Below are positions 26,235-26,716 of a stretch of 26,716 nucleotides of DNA, piece after piece. The stretch lies in NCBI GenBank assembly GCA_964636085.1, contig CAZWPQ010000012.1:15001-41716 (forward strand), in the 5' to 3' direction. The notes below the pieces were generated by a model. It saw only the letters and a program-made list of their open reading frames with translations, was not told the DNA's origin and did no database searches. The position numbers and the translations under genes are program-made. The stretch is from an uncultured Nitrososphaerota archaeon. Its GTDB lineage: Archaea > Asgardarchaeota > Njordarchaeia > Njordarchaeales > Panguiarchaeaceae. Position 1 is the first letter of the stretch; each line of letters opens with the position of its first letter.

Positions 26235-26716
26235 TTGTCTTCAGCGGAGCTACTATTCAAGTTGGAGAATGTAACGAAAGAGTTTAGCGGAAAACAGGGC
26301 AGAGTTAAGGCCCTCGAAGACATAAGTCTGGAGATAAAGAAAGGAGAATTTGTAATTATTCTAGGGCCAAGCGGTGCTGGTAAATCAACTCTACTAAATA
26401 TAATCGCTGGGATGGATAGGCCTACAAAGGGCAGAATCATATTCTCTGGGAGAGACTATAGCGACCTAGACGAAGAAAAACTAGCCGAGATAAGAAGGGA
26501 AAAATTTGGCTTTATATTCCAAGCCTTTAATCTAATTGATTCCTTAACAGCTTTTGAAAATGTAACTATGCCTGCGATTCCAACAGATCTACCTATAAAA
26601 GAAATCTACGCTAGGGCCGATGAACTATTAGCCGAGATGAAGATCCTAGGAAAGAAACACCGCTTCCCAAAACAACTATCCGCAGGCGAGCAACAAAGAG
26701 TCGCTATAGCTAGAGC
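26235..26716 (+). CDS. ABC transporter ATP-binding protein, LolD/MacB/FtsE type (3' partial)
   Basis: Absent from the ORF track because it runs off the window. TTG 26235 after GGAGGTG. LENVTKEF, GPSGAGKSTLLN, FGFIFQAFNLI, LSAGEQQRVAIAR. Confidence 0.92.
   Translation, partial: MSSAELLFKLENVTKEFSGKQGRVKALEDISLEIKKGEFVIILGPSGAGKSTLLNIIAGMDRPTKGRIIFSGRDYSDLDEEKLAEIRREKFGFIFQAFNLIDSLTAFENVTMPAIPTDLPIKEIYARADELLAEMKILGKKHRFPKQLSAGEQQRVAIAR

Noticed and set aside
26068-26440. ORFs 26068..26274 (+) and 26198..26440 (-)
   Set aside because: They overlap the Zn-ribbon gene and the real ABC ATPase frame. The minus ORF is the usual ABC antisense shadow.
1-26716. CRISPR array, rRNA, tRNA, intact transposase or integrase
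   Set aside because: No regularly spaced repeats, no GC-rich structured RNA-like segment and no DDE/tyrosine-recombinase motifs seen by eye.

Overview
AT-rich window that is very probably from a (hyper)thermophilic archaeon. Evidence: BRE/TATA promoters, GGTG-type ribosome-binding sites, ATA/AGA/AGG codon bias, a PaREP1 gene and a DIPP-synthase-like gene. An Asgard/TACK-like lineage is only an inference. From left to right the window holds: the 3' end of a class-V PLP enzyme; a membrane-anchored secreted (alpha/alpha)6-barrel protein; a CDP-alcohol phosphotransferase; a large secreted protein (NPP1/Vps62-like head plus about 7 Ig-like repeats and an eroded tail); RelE-type and VapBC toxin-antitoxin pairs; a tightly coupled operon nurA - standalone HAS-barrel gene - herA - mre11/sbcD - rad50/sbcC - cdd; two tandem paralogous ArsB/NhaD/P-protein-type transporters; a clan-AA aspartic protease; a decayed DUF3800-like gene and other debris; PaREP1; an alpha-solenoid gene paired with a cysteine-motif-less radical-SAM-like gene; a CTL/SLC44(Pns1)-like membrane protein; a membrane Zn-ribbon protein; and the start of a LolD/MacB-type ABC ATPase. 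The best candidate for an undescribed system is the six-gene DNA end-processing operon, which has non-canonical gene order, an extra HAS-barrel subunit, bacterial-type HerA/SbcC signatures and a linked cytidine deaminase. The next best is the eukaryote-like choline-transporter homologue. I saw no rRNA, tRNA, CRISPR array or intact transposase/integrase. All family calls come from motif recognition by eye, not database searches.
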